A stretch of 64,000 nucleotides of DNA, from positions 2,752,001 to 2,816,000 of the forward strand of contig OZ252244.1 in the NCBI GenBank assembly GCA_965249575.1, written 5' to 3'. The position numbers and the translations under genes are program-made. Source of the DNA: Gemmatimonadales bacterium. GTDB lineage: Bacteria; Gemmatimonadota; Gemmatimonadetes; Gemmatimonadales; GWC2-71-9. The notes under the pieces were generated by a model that made no database searches, was not told the origin of the DNA, and saw only the letters and a list, made by a program, of their open reading frames with translations. This document shows, piece after piece, positions 63,780 through 64,000 of the stretch. Numbering within the stretch: position 1 is the first letter of the stretch; the number at the start of each line of letters is the position of its first letter.

Positions 63780-64000
63780 GGGCGTAGTCGCTCGAGCTCC
63801 ATCTTCCTGACGCGCGAAGACAGGGTTCGTCGGCTTCACGCCGAGCAGATCGGCGGCGCCGCCGGGGCCGTAGATCCGCCAGTTCGTTCGCCGCAGCGCG
63901 GCCAACAGGTTCTCGCGCTCGCGACGCCGCAGTTCGGCGTCGGGAATGACTTCGTCGTCCGCATCCGAGTGTCGACGGTCGCTCGTGTGTCGGGGCTCGC
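63780..64000 (-). pseudogene. Fis-type HTH tail of a sigma-54 activator, frameshifted; runs off window edge
   Basis: VIPDAELRRRERENLLAALRRTNWRIYGPGGAADLLGVKPT(fs)LSSRVRKMEL. Confidence 0.75.

Overview
GC-rich bacterial DNA, probably Gemmatimonadota (inferred from the expanded MTxxxxRLxxALADRYRIERELG-type Ser/Thr kinase family). The window is a patchwork. Intact genes (SDR, tyrosine integrase, tRNA-Pro(GGG), FRG protein, two complete kinases, GNAT, FG-GAP/ASPIC protein, ferredoxin-bacilliredoxin-iscA, FIST, osmoprotectant ABC transporter, peroxiredoxin, groES-groEL, quinone oxidoreductase) alternate with dozens of truncated, frameshifted or fused fragments. The most striking structure is a recurring kinase head - unrelated cargo - kinase tail architecture. 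About 10 kinase N-terminal remnants and 7 C-terminal (..VVENFFEELKAK..) remnants bracket unrelated genes, and from 61057 to 53431 on the minus strand they form a regular array whose tail/head junctions keep overlapping stop/start codons. Other recombination relics are three extra copies of the tRNA-Pro 3' end with arm-like tandem repeats, a tRNA-Ile remnant, a solo 59-bp attC, an intI N-terminal stub, two IS481-like ends and four copies of a small Zn-ribbon ORF. All protein calls come from motif recognition by eye, fragment boundaries are approximate, and a chimeric assembly cannot be excluded without reads.
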